Shown here: positions 25,501 to 35,769 of the stretch, piece by piece | Numbering within the stretch: the first letter of the stretch is position 1 | How the letters are laid out: every line of letters starts with the position of its first letter | IMG/VR virus record: IMGVR_UViG_3300021400_001580 | Span: 1-64,000 of that record | Reading direction: 5' to 3' (one strand) | Origin: a virus | Lineage: Duplodnaviria > Caudoviricetes | DNA: 64,000 bases | Made by a program: the position numbers and the translations under genes | The notes under the pieces: model-generated | Databases searched by the model: none | The model's input: only the letters and a program-made list of their open reading frames with translations | Told to the model about the DNA's origin: nothing

Positions 25501-28500
25501 CTCTTGAAGTTTCCAAAGAAAATGCTTTTCCAAAGGTATCTTATGAGATTACTCCGAGTGCGATTGATCATAGTGTTATGCGTAAACTATATAAGTAGCT
25601 CGCGCGTGTAATTATGATTAATGACGTGGAATTAAAGTTAGAGGATGTATTTGGTTATATCTCTTCTATAGATTTGGACTTAGATAGACCTTGGGAAGAT
25701 ACTATTACAGTTCAAAATTATACTAACAAATTTGAGGATTTGTTCTCTTCAATTGTTGCCGCCAGTGAGGCTATGCAGAAATCATAGGGTATGATTGGTA
25801 ATATGCTTGCGGGCGGAGTGCCTATGAGTCCTGATGCGTTCGCTAATTCCTTAAATATGAACTAGACTATTTTAGATGCATATTTAGATTCTCATTTTGA
25901 TAGCAGTTAGGTAGTTACTGATAGATTAACACAATTATTTGATGAATTAGGTTTAATTCTTGGTAATGCGTCATCCGCCCTTGGAGATTTATATAGTTTA
26001 AGTGAATAGGGCGCTGCAATTCTCGGTGGACTTGCACGTAATGTCGCGGACGATTTAGCTGTCCATATATATACTGGTGATACACGGCCAAGTAAATTTA
26101 AAATGGGTGATCTTTGGGTCAAAACAGAAACTGATGAAGATGGAAATACTTATACCAAGCGAATGGTTGCTACTAGTAATTCTGGGAATCTAACATTTAA
26201 TAGAGAAGTAGATCCTGCAACTACTGGTTTTACTACTACCTATGACGGTTCTTTGGCCTCTATTACTGGCGCGAATATGGCCTATGACGCGGAAGAAGGG
26301 ACTGTTGATATTTATGGTGAGCATAATATTGATATTAAATCTGGTGGATCTATATACATTGGCGCTAATGATCATATTGCAATGGTTGGTAATAAAACAG
26401 TAAATATTGGCGGTAGTAGAATTAATATTATTTCTGATGATTCTGGTAATGTTAGCAATATTACTTCTGGAATTTTATTATAGGCAGTACGCGCTAAAAA
26501 TAATAGTTCTGCGCCTATTACTTTTATTTAGACTGAAATCTTAGCTAAACGCACTAGTAGTAAAAATCCAAAAGCAGATGATGATTTTAAAGCAGCAGTG
26601 GATTCTCATTTAGTTATTCCATCTACTGGTACCAACGCCATATTTAAACATTTTATTAATCCTACAATTAGTTATACGGTTTCTAAAAGTGATGTATTAG
26701 GAAACAATGACGTGATAGATTATGATAAAGTAGAGGCTCTATTAAAGAGTAATATTAATATTGCTTCTTCTATTTAGCTTTCTCCTATTGCAATTGACAT
26801 GCAAGCGGCAGTCTTACAGCTATCTGCATCTAGTAGTATTAATTTACTTGCTTCAGATGGATCAAATACTTCCGTAATTACAATTGGTACTCAAACGGGA
26901 ATTAAGTTGGCATCAAGTCAAGGAATTTTTCTGCATTCGGGGACAGTCGAAAGTGCGGTGGAGACAGAAATTACGTCATAGCATTTTTTAGCAGGCGCGA
27001 GCGCGGGTGCTACCGGATCAGCTATTGAAATTACAAAAGATTATGCGATTATCGCAGCAGGATCAACAAATCGGGATACAATTGCTAATTAGGGTATTGA
27101 TCTATCAAACTCCACTATAACTGGAATGGAATTGCGATCCAATAAATTTGGTCTCGCTGTTAAGAGCGGGACTACTTATTCTGGTGTTATCATTGATAAT
27201 ACTGGTATATTAGTAGGTGTAGGAGCAGCGCCCACTACTACTGGTTCATATATTTATTTAAGACCACAAAAATTAGAAATTGGATCGCATGCTGATTTAT
27301 ATATTAATACTAATAATTGTAAATTATAGACAAATTATAGTAATAGTAGTACTCAGAATATTGGAACTACCATCTTTGCAATTGGTACTAATTTGAATGG
27401 TATTAATCCGGCTACTAAACTTTCTGAAGTGGACGTAAGCAAGGTTAATTTCCTTGTAAATCAGGATGGCGCGTATATTAATGGTACTATATATGCTGCG
27501 GCAGGCGCGATTGGAAATGGTAAATATAAAATAAACATCGGGACACGTGCTGATAATTCATATATCTACTCTGGCATAACATCAATACCTCAAAGCGGTC
27601 CTACTACTACTTCTGGATTTTATTTAGGTACAGACGGTCTTATTGTGGGCACATCAGGTAGTTATTTAAAATATACCGCTAGTAGCGGTTTAACAGTTCA
27701 AGGCGCAATTACCGCGACGAGTGGTAGTATTGGATCTGGTAGTTATAAGATTACTATTGGTGAAGAAACTAATAGCAGAGCTTATATCCATTCCGGAATC
27801 ACTAATATTAATGAAACTGGCTCTGGTTTCTATTTGGGTACGAATGGATTTAAAGTTGGTAATGATAATTCTTATTTAAAGTACGCTGATAGTAAACTGA
27901 CGGTCAAAGGTGAAATTACCGCGACTAAATTTACTTTAGGCGCTGGAGTACAATTGTTGGGCGGTTTGAGCGAATAGAACGCTAAGTATAGAAACACCGT
28001 AAAAGCTACAGCGGATCGTCCGGTTGTTGAACTTGCGGGTAAAACGATAGTTATTTCTGGCGAGGACGAGGGACAACAAGGATTATATATTGCTCCTGAT
28101 ATAAGCGCATATGATAAAAATAATTCTAGTAGCCGGGTATATTTAAATACATCAAGGGCGCGTATTACTCCAGCAAGAATTTATCTAGATTTAGATGAAC
28201 AAACATCTCTTCATATGGACAAGAATGGGCTTACTTTACAAGGTTCGCGTGTTACGATCAACGGCAAAGAAATTTGGGGTCGAGATGATATTATTTTCTC
28301 GGAAAAAGAACCGCGTAAAAAGGAATATCCAGCCGATCGAGATTGGATTTGGATTAAGCCTAGAGCAAATGTTGATGTATATTATGATTATGTTGCTCAA
28401 GCAGACGCAGGTGATTATAAGCCTAATCCGATTTCACTAACAACGGATAGTGATGGAGGAGTCAGCGATTCTAACAAAGGATACAATTATAGTATTAAAA

Positions 28501-28883
28501 TGACTATTTAGTTCGGTGTTGATTCTACTTATACAAGACAAACCTATGATAATGTTCATTTCGAAGGAATTCTGACTGTCTAGGGATCATCAGCGATAAA
28601 GGAATTTAAAACAAATATTATAGCTGAGGTAAGTGGCTTCTCGCAAGCTTCTAAACGGTGGACGTATACTTTTACGGCAAATGTACACACTGGAAGTGCC
28701 AATTTTGGCGCGAATCCAAAGAGACATATATTAATCAAAAATCTTCAAATGTACACTAGTCAAAGTGGCTCAGAGTTAAATTTTTATGTGTTACAGGCAC
28801 AAGTGGTATGTTTAAACGTGGGTGTTGCTGGTGGCACAACTTGTGATGTTATTTACTATCCAGCAGGAGCTGGTCCATCATAA
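22587..28883 (+). CDS. Tal/central tail fibre-host specificity protein (~2098 aa, multiple TAG)
   Basis: AAGGAGG RBS. N-terminal YEVSLWTLQDTFITVL typical of baseplate-hub/Tal proteins, then coiled coil and beta-repeat fibre region. Eight track fragments (23520...28215) are in the same frame. Ends TAA at 28881-28883 next to a terminator. Confidence 0.78.
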
Positions 28884-28922
28884 TAAAAAATAGCCCCTCC
28901 ATTCGGAGGGGCCTCTTTTTTT
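28884..28922. terminator. Bidirectional terminator at the convergence of late (+) and early (-) blocks
   Basis: AAAAAA-ta-GCCCCTCC-attc-GGAGGGGC-ctc-TTTTTTT, with an A-tract on the left and a T-tract on the right. Confidence 0.9.
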
Positions 28923-28924
28923 AT

Positions 28925-29314
28925 TTACTCACCAAAATCTATAAACGGTTCAAGCCGTGCCATCTCAGATGGCGTAAAGTTTACACTTTCTAGCGCATTA
29001 ATATCTAACTTATTAGCATTAATTTCAACTTCACCCTTGAGTAGCTCTGAAATTTCATCATTAAAATCTGTTAGATGCTCTGGCGCGATCTTACAATTTC
29101 CATTCTCATCCGTTACAAGCTCGCCGTTATCGTCCTTAACACCACACTTATTAATTACCTTTAGCCGAGCATCATTAAATCCCTGCATTTCAGCTTCAGC
29201 AGACTTTAGTAGCCTGCTAACTTCCCACGCCAGCTTAGCCTTTAATTCGGCGTTAGCTAGCTTCTGTAGCACTTCTGTGCTGTTCACCAAATCTCCAATG
29301 GTTAACTTAATCAT
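28925..29314 (-). CDS. Conserved phage protein (DUF1617-like), 129 aa
   Basis: Clean ORF whose ATG overlaps the upstream TGA (ATGA). Pattern LAWEVSRLLK...INKCGVKDDNGELVTDENGN resembles DUF1617 from memory; not verified by search. Confidence 0.55.
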   Translation of the reverse strand: MIKLTIGDLVNSTEVLQKLANAELKAKLAWEVSRLLKSAEAEMQGFNDARLKVINKCGVKDDNGELVTDENGNCKIAPEHLTDFNDEISELLKGEVEINANKLDINALESVNFTPSEMARLEPFIDFGE

Positions 29315-30057
29315 ATATCTTCACCCCAATTAATTGTTTTTATTTGTCCACAAAAATATTTTCCAATACAAATTGCATCTGCTTCATCTTCTGTGCAATC
29401 TATATCATACCAAATTTTTACTTTCGCCTACGCGGCTTTTTTGCGTGCGTCTCGGTGCATGTCACCGGTACTTACGCCGCAATACGCGCGCCATTCGCTA
29501 GGATACACCAAATCACTATCAACACATGCCTCAAATAACGTATCTAATATTACACCTTGCAAATTTGCCAGTGTCTAGAACGTTTTTACCTGCGTTTGTG
29601 ACTTATTAGGGCCATAGCTTTGTAGCTATATGTTCTCGGCTCCTACAAAGTTCGGGTCCCACTCCTTCAATGCGGCTTTAAGCCAATTCTTTACTTGATT
29701 AATTCGTTCTACTGTTGGTAATGCCGCATTTGTTCTAAAAGTTCCATATCCAACTAAGGTCTTGTCATCGTAAATAGAGTATCCAGTAACACCAGTTGCT
29801 GCATCCAGCGCAAGAATACGTGTTGTGTTTGTGCCCTTATTGGGCACCTTATTTTTTTTGACTTTATACGGGTCTCCTGCCATACAGACATCGCATATCT
29901 TATGTTTGCGCCAATATTCAAATGTTTGTTCCTATTCATGTCCATAAGGACACTTCATTTTTAATGGCGTTTTTAAATTTGTATATGTTTCACTAATTAA
30001 CTACCAATTTTCGGCTTCTAAGGCATTCTATACAATGTATATATTAATTTTACTCAT
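29311..30057 (-). CDS. RuvC-like Holliday junction resolvase with N-terminal Zn-ribbon (248 aa, 6 in-frame TAG)
   Basis: Hand translation: MSKINIYIV*NALEAENW*LISETY...MKCPYGHE*EQTFEYWRKHKICDVC...RILALDAATGVTGYSI...AENI*LQSY...KTF*TLANLQGVI...PSEWR...KKAA*AKV...TEDEADAICIG. All RuvC acidic motifs are present only with read-through. TAATG and ATGA overlaps at both ends. Confidence 0.85.
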
Positions 30058-30845
30058 TATACGCCAGTAGATCCAAAGCCGCCGTCATTGCGGTCTGACG
30101 CCGCTAGAATATCTACTGCATGCGCCTGAAAACGATCATTCGGCATTACTAGCAGCTGCGCTATGCGTGCGCCTGCTTCGATAGGATAATCTTCATTAGA
30201 TGTATTATCATATAGAACGCCAAGTTCACCGCGATAGGAAGAATCAATTAATCCAACACTATTGCTTAGCCGTAGCGGCGTTTTCGCGCCAATACTAGAT
30301 CGCGGTAGAATAAATGCCATCCATCCTTCTGGTAGCTGAATACTAACACCAGTTCTGATTTTATTCCCGTAAGAATGCGCCGGAACTGTTACATTCTCAA
30401 GTGCATATAAGTCCGCTGCCGCATCAGTAGGATGCGCGTAAGTCGGCATTGTGGCACCATTGTCTAATTTAATTGGTAGTTCGATTGAATAAGAGTGGTA
30501 CTTCTGTTTAACAGTATCGAAGATTTCCTGCACTCCAGACATCACTTTATCAATTAAAATCTTCTTATTACCAGTGAGTACCTCTTCACCATATACCAAC
30601 TCTTTTAAAGTACTTGATAGCGCGTCAAGTGAGTTGATTGCTTCTTCCTTATTAAGACCTTGCGCGTTTAGATTGGAGATGATCTGATTTACAGACTGCA
30701 TTACAGCCGTACCATTAAAATTGGTTTCAAGCATCTGCATAACACGCGCCATGGTGCTTTCGGTTAAATCTTCCTCAGAAAGATTCTTTAAATTATCAAG
30801 CGCTTGCATTATTTCATTTAATTCCGCGCTTACAATCTCGTCCAT
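30057..30845 (-). CDS. dut: Trimeric dUTPase with ~120-aa N-terminal helical extension
   Basis: Motifs AAADLYA, PRSSIG, VGLIDSSYRGE, RIAQL and RNDGGFGSTG. Confidence 0.92.
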   Translation of the reverse strand: MDEIVSAELNEIMQALDNLKNLSEEDLTESTMARVMQMLETNFNGTAVMQSVNQIISNLNAQGLNKEEAINSLDALSSTLKELVYGEEVLTGNKKILIDKVMSGVQEIFDTVKQKYHSYSIELPIKLDNGATMPTYAHPTDAAADLYALENVTVPAHSYGNKIRTGVSIQLPEGWMAFILPRSSIGAKTPLRLSNSVGLIDSSYRGELGVLYDNTSNEDYPIEAGARIAQLLVMPNDRFQAHAVDILAASDRNDGGFGSTGV

Positions 30846-30856
30846 TTTATACCTCC

Positions 30857-31072
30857 TTAAGTCTCATAAGATACTGTGATTTCAACCATCCACCATTCTT
30901 CAGTAATCTCACCAGTCTTACGATCCTTCTTAGTCTTATAATCAATTTTCGTTTTTACTACAGTATACCCTTCAGTAATTGCGCGCGCCTTGTAATCGTC
31001 AACAAGCGCAGCAGCATCCTGCTCTGTGTATGCCCGGTAAACCTCAGTCTTCTTTGTCATTGTGCTCAGCAT
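30857..31072 (-). CDS. Hypothetical protein (~71 aa)
   Basis: Track ORF 30857..31093. Start moved to MLSTMTKK behind a purine-rich RBS; start uncertain. Confidence 0.6.
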   Translation of the reverse strand: MLSTMTKKTEVYRAYTEQDAAALVDDYKARAITEGYTVVKTKIDYKTKKDRKTGEITEEWWMVEITVSYET

Positions 31073-31412
31073 TTTCTTTTTCCTTCCTTTCATTTAATGC
31101 GCGTAGTTTTTGAATAAGATTGATATAATCTAGTTTTTTCGCAGTTTCACTAACTGCATTTAATGCGTCATCATTACTTTGAATCAGTTCAGCGTATTTT
31201 TTCGCGCCCATCTTCTTGCGTAATGCTCTGCGTTTAGCACGATTCATTGGTATTTGCGTACTATTGATCTTTTCAATAGTGAAATCCTGAATCTTTTTTA
31301 ATGTTTCTTCTGGTGTTTCAGCGCCTATTTGTGTGCGCGCTTCATCTTTACTAATATTCTATACTTGCGCGAAGCGCTCTATTAATTCGTCAACGGATAA
31401 GTGCTCGTCCAT
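31044..31412 (-). CDS. Hypothetical protein (122 aa, one in-frame TAG)
   Basis: GGAGG RBS then MDEHLSVDELIERFAQV*NISKDEARTQ..., continuing in frame into track ORF MNRAKRRALRKK (31044..31247). Confidence 0.7.
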
Positions 31413-31413
31413 A

Positions 31414-32403
31414 TTACCCTCCAGCAGTGCGGTTATACCCAACTTCTTGGGTCTTAAAGAATTCTATGTAATACTTTTCCAATTCGTTTAATTTATCTTT
31501 ATCACAATAAGTTATTACTTCAATAGCCCAATTCCAGAAACCTTCTTTAAGAATAGCATGATGTACTGCTTGGTCTGCGATTGAACGGATTCCGATAGAA
31601 GACTTAAAGTGATCTGCAATTCGTGTTTTCACATTAGTACTCTTACCAATATAACATTTACCCGTGTTAATATTTGTTATTTTATATATACCAGGTTCAG
31701 GCTTAATTTCTATTCGTTTAAAGGTATCATCTAAGTTTGGTTTAACATATTCTGCCCAAACTAGTTTTGATATGATATCTGGATGCTGTACTTTTGCGGC
31801 GACAGTTGTCAATAAGAACTCAATATCATCTTTATATTCATCTGGTAGTTGAATTGTATAATATAATCGTTGCTATTTCTCTAAATCATACTACTGTAAT
31901 GTATTTTTAATCCCTTCAAACTTTTCTCGCGCAGCATTTATTTGTATCCGATAATCTTCACACTAAGCTTCCGCTAAAAGTTTAGCATTTTCTACTTGCT
32001 AAGTTAGATCAGCAATCTAACTATCACGTATATGTTCTTTTCGGTCAAGTTCTTGCGCGAGCTCGTGTGCTTTTAACTAAAAAGCATTCTCTAATGCTTT
32101 CTCTTTAGCCGCGATTTCACGTTTAAGGTTTTCTTCCTACTCATACCGCTATTCTTCAAAAAATTCTTCTAATTCTTCAGAACGGTCACGAATAGCATCT
32201 GTATAACGCTTATGCTCCTATTCCGTATCGTGCCGTAATTTTTCTAAATCATTCTCAAGCGTTGCTTTCTATTGTTGTAATACAGTTACAGCGGTATTTA
32301 ATTCATTGCGCGCGGTTTGATCTAAAATCTATTTCTCGTGATATTTATAAATAAGGAAGAATAGCGGAATTAGCATAACAAGGAATACTATCCAACCGTT
32401 CAT
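31414..32403 (-). CDS. Membrane-anchored coiled-coil GIY-YIG nuclease (329 aa, 11 in-frame TAG)
   Basis: GAGGTG RBS. N-terminal hydrophobic helix MNGWIVFLVMLIPLFFLIYKY, ~170-aa E/K/Q-rich coiled coil containing all the TAGs, then GIYKITNINTGKCYIGKS...R...H...E...GYN (GIY-YIG motifs). Confidence 0.85.
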
Positions 32404-32433
32404 CTTCTCACCTCACTCTTTTTCTTATATCTT

Positions 32434-32462
32434 ATTATATCAAAAATTTCTGAAAATGTCAA
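32434..32462 (-). promoter_or_regulatory. Sigma-A/sigma70 consensus promoter
   Basis: TTGACA-17 bp-TATAAT on the minus strand, upstream of the GIY-YIG gene. Confidence 0.85.
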
Positions 32463-32465
32463 ATA

Positions 32466-32502
32466 ATAAAAAAAAGAGGACGAGCATTTTACTGCTCGTC
32501 CT
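32466..32502 (-). terminator. Rho-independent terminator after the FNT gene
   Basis: AGGACGAGCA-gtaaaa-TGCTCGTCCT followed by CTTTTTTTT on the minus strand. Confidence 0.85.
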
Positions 32503-33052
32503 AAATACTGAAATTACTAAAAATGATACCGCCAATAATATTGCCTAAAATCGTTGCGATAAAAGACCAAGTAAACGAATGAGTTATGGATAAATAATAA
32601 TAATCTGCAATACAGTGATTAAATCCCGCGAGTATAAATCCCATAACGCACAGAATACACATCCATAGAGGCGACTTCTTACATGTTGCCAATGACATTA
32701 ATATTCCGCAACCAACTCCCTTTATGAGTGCATCACCAAAAGATTGTGAAGCTTTTATTATACTTATACTATCCGCCGCATTTATTACTAGATTACGAGA
32801 AATGACTGTAATTAATGTAACTCCAATAAAATTCCCTACAAGAAAAATAATATAATCATACCATTTATATTCACGTGTAATCATATATTGAATTTTCCCT
32901 GTAAATAAATTTAAATTGTAAATACGCACTGCTAATAGTCCACATGAGAATAAGAACGCACCTATAATAGGATTAGATACAGATAAGTACATCCAGCCAC
33001 TTAACGCAATAATTAATCCGGCAAGAACTGATTTATGTATTTTTGTTAGCAT
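32489..33052 (-). CDS. Formate/nitrite transporter (FNT) family channel, short form
   Basis: Six hydrophobic segments. FNT-like motifs GAFLFSCGL, LNLFTG, KGVGCGILMSLA and FILAGFNHCIAD. Standard-code stop TAG at 32501-32503; in code 15 it extends QDEQ to TAA at 32489-32491. Confidence 0.8.
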
Positions 33053-33533
33053 AATAATCCTCCATCATAATAATACGTTGATTAGGAGACCCTCGCAAAG
33101 GTAATGTGGTATCGCGAGTATTGATATCAAATCGGCCATCAATCAAACAAGTAATATTACGCAAAATGGCAGATAATGCCCAATTATTACGTTCTTCTAA
33201 TTCTTCGATTGTATATCCGGTCCATAGATAAATTTTTAATTGCGGAAATTCATGTTTACACCAGCCAATTAATAGTGCTACATCTTGTAAATTCTCATCC
33301 GCTAGCGGCTCGCCGCCGAGTATACACAAAGTACGCATTACGCCATTTTTATTTAATTTCTTAATAATTTCAAATAGTGTTCCTACCGTAAAGTCTTCGC
33401 CATAGTTAAAATCTTGTGCTTCGGGATTATGGCATCCGGGGCAATGGAAATGACATCCCGAAAAATACACTGAGAGGGAGATACCTGGCGCCGCCGCGGT
33501 ATCATCCCAATAGATTCCTGCAATCTTACTCAT
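33033..33533 (-). CDS. nrdG: Anaerobic ribonucleotide reductase activating enzyme (radical SAM)
   Basis: YFSGCHFHCPGCHNP (CxxxCxxC), ILGGEPL, WTGYT, IDGRF and LRGSPNQR. Adjacent to nrdD. Confidence 0.95.
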   Translation of the reverse strand: MSKIAGIYWDDTAAAPGISLSVYFSGCHFHCPGCHNPEAQDFNYGEDFTVGTLFEIIKKLNKNGVMRTLCILGGEPLADENLQDVALLIGWCKHEFPQLKIYLWTGYTIEELEERNNWALSAILRNITCLIDGRFDINTRDTTLPLRGSPNQRIIMMEDYYANKNT

Positions 33534-35764
33534 TAGTGTATATGCTTAACGCGATCTTCAGTTTCTTTCTGCTTGCCCCAATTGAACGCGTCTTTATACG
33601 AGCCTGTTAAATAGCCAGTTACTCTACGAAGTCTTGAAATATTCTTACTGCCGCACTCAGGGCAGCTTTCACCAATTTCATCCTGATAGCCGCAGTCATT
33701 ACACATGTCCAGCGGCACGTTCAAAGCGAAATACGGTATGTCGTGGTCCATAGCGTAATTTACTATGGTTTCGAGCGCGGGAATGTTATTCTTTACTCCA
33801 GAAGGTACTTCTACATATGTAATACATCCGGCGCTAGAATAACCCGTTAGTTGGCTTTCAATATCAATCTTGTCAAATACTGAAATATCGTGCCATACTG
33901 GGACGTGAATGCTATTTGTAAAATATTCACGGTCGGAAACATTTGGAATTTCGCCGTATTTTGCCTTGAACTTCTTCATGGCTGTGTAGCAGAGATTTTC
34001 GGCAGGAGTGTAATATACTCCAAAGTTGAGGTGATATTCCTTTTTAAACTCTGCACATCTGTCTTTAAATAGCTGCTCGATCTCCTTAGCGAGTTTCATT
34101 CCTTTTTCAGTAGTATGGTCACAGCCAATTAAGATTTGAAGGGTTTCCGCAAGTCCTAGCTGCCCAATAACAATAGTGCCGTGTTTCAATGCAGAGCGAA
34201 TACCTTCTTCTGGATGATAACCTAGCATTGTATTATTTTCATACATAAACTTCGCAGATGCAGGAGATTGCTTGCAAATCCACTCAAAACGTTCAAGTAG
34301 CATATCTTTTGCTTCATGGATTTTTTTATCTAGTAATGACATAAAAGCAGTAATATAATCATCTACATCTGGATAAGCAGCATCTACTGCGTTTTTTGCT
34401 TCCATAGCCAATGTTGGCATAATAATAGTGACAGGACAAATATTTCCGCGGCCATCCTTACGTTGAGGATTAACACCGGGTTCTGCATTTATGTCTGCGC
34501 CATTTGCGGTACGACACCCCATTGTGCTGAAATACGTGGTTGGATCGTTTGGATCATATCCTGCATTTCCAGACCAATCAATATTGGCATAATTTGGATA
34601 GATGCGCTTGGCAGTGGATTCGAGCGCGAGTTGATATAAATCATAATTCGGATCACCGGGCGCGCGATTAATACCCTTTCCAAGCTGGAAAATACCACAT
34701 GGGAATATGGGAGTTTTATGATATTTACCTACGCCTTTAATAGAGCCTTCTAGCAATGCCTTAATTACCATACGACCTTCGGGCAATGTACAAGTACCAT
34801 AGTTAATAGACGTGAAAGGTAGCTGATTTCCGCTTCTAGATTGAAGCGTGTTAAGATTGTGATACATGCCCTCAACTGCCTGTTGAAGCTCACGCGTGGT
34901 CATGTCCATAGCATATTCATATGCTTTTCTATTATATGGTGCATTCACTATAGGATCTGTAAATGAAAGTTCTTTTGGTATCTTTTCTTCATCAATAACA
35001 TCTGGTGGGCATAAATATTTAAGTCCATCTTTAAAATGCTTAGCAAAACTTTTCCTCACATAAGGAACCATAGTCCAATCTAAATGAGTTGCGCTAACGC
35101 CGCCAAACTGCATTAGAGATTGAAGTTGAAATATAACTGCTACAAGTTGGAAAGCAGTATTGATAGAATTGGCAGGACGCACATCCGTTTGCCGTGTGTT
35201 AAAGCCCTTGGCTAGTAAATCATCAAATGGAATACTTAAACAATTATGCATACCAACAGCATACGCGCTTAAATCATGAATATAAATTTCATTATTTAAA
35301 TGGTTCGCGCGCGCCATAGGTGAGATACAATAATCTAACGCATACTGTTTCATCATTTCATCAGAGGCTTCGCCAACCCGGCCGCCGAATGAATGCTCGT
35401 CTACATTTGCATTTTGATTTTGCACATTAGATGCTTGAAGTTTTTCACTAATAGCACGAATAAATTCGGTTGAATTTGCGCGCATAATACCATGCTTATA
35501 GCGATATTTAATATATGCTTTACCGACTTTTAAATCATAATCGGTTAAATAATCTTCAACCAATTCTTGAATATCTTCTACGCCCATTGGTGCGTCTAAT
35601 TCCTGCGCAACATATTCTACTTCATCGGCAATTTCTTCAGCATAGCGTGGGAATCCTTTCTCTGTAGGATACACCTCGTGCCAGGCTTTGCATATAGCGG
35701 TTTGAATTTTTTCTTTATCAAATGGTACTAACTGTCCAGTACGTTTACGAATTTGCAATTTCAT
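33533..35764 (-). CDS. nrdD: Class III (anaerobic) ribonucleotide reductase, TAG-free
   Basis: N-terminal ATP cone (IRKRTGQLVPFDKEKI), IYIHDL, HNC, TMGCRT, YYTPAE, C-terminal CxxC...CxxC and glycyl-radical motif RLRRVTGYL. ATG 35764 preferred by RBS spacing. Confidence 0.97.
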   Translation of the reverse strand: MKLQIRKRTGQLVPFDKEKIQTAICKAWHEVYPTEKGFPRYAEEIADEVEYVAQELDAPMGVEDIQELVEDYLTDYDLKVGKAYIKYRYKHGIMRANSTEFIRAISEKLQASNVQNQNANVDEHSFGGRVGEASDEMMKQYALDYCISPMARANHLNNEIYIHDLSAYAVGMHNCLSIPFDDLLAKGFNTRQTDVRPANSINTAFQLVAVIFQLQSLMQFGGVSATHLDWTMVPYVRKSFAKHFKDGLKYLCPPDVIDEEKIPKELSFTDPIVNAPYNRKAYEYAMDMTTRELQQAVEGMYHNLNTLQSRSGNQLPFTSINYGTCTLPEGRMVIKALLEGSIKGVGKYHKTPIFPCGIFQLGKGINRAPGDPNYDLYQLALESTAKRIYPNYANIDWSGNAGYDPNDPTTYFSTMGCRTANGADINAEPGVNPQRKDGRGNICPVTIIMPTLAMEAKNAVDAAYPDVDDYITAFMSLLDKKIHEAKDMLLERFEWICKQSPASAKFMYENNTMLGYHPEEGIRSALKHGTIVIGQLGLAETLQILIGCDHTTEKGMKLAKEIEQLFKDRCAEFKKEYHLNFGVYYTPAENLCYTAMKKFKAKYGEIPNVSDREYFTNSIHVPVWHDISVFDKIDIESQLTGYSSAGCITYVEVPSGVKNNIPALETIVNYAMDHDIPYFALNVPLDMCNDCGYQDEIGESCPECGSKNISRLRRVTGYLTGSYKDAFNWGKQKETEDRVKHIH

Positions 35765-35769
35765 ATGAA

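Noticed and set aside
684-26375. Antisense and alternate-frame ORFs in the track over the virion genes (e.g. 684..911, 8275..8571, 17623..18018, 18391..18636)
   Set aside because: Shadow ORFs of biased coding sequence, without RBS or recognisable motifs, and overlapping well-supported genes.
8114-28883. Decayed prophage or pseudogene field suggested by many short ORFs
   Set aside because: Fragments stay in a single frame per gene, the interruptions checked are all TAG, no frameshifts were seen, and RBSs and terminators are intact. Recoding explains this; decay does not.
28215-28883. Diversity-generating retroelement target at the tail fibre tip
   Set aside because: No reverse transcriptase and no near-duplicate template repeat was seen in this window; one could lie outside it.
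31414-31812. Free-standing or intron-encoded GIY-YIG homing endonuclease
   Set aside because: The domain is in frame with an upstream TM + coiled-coil region that has its own promoter and RBS. No interrupted host gene or intron flanks it.
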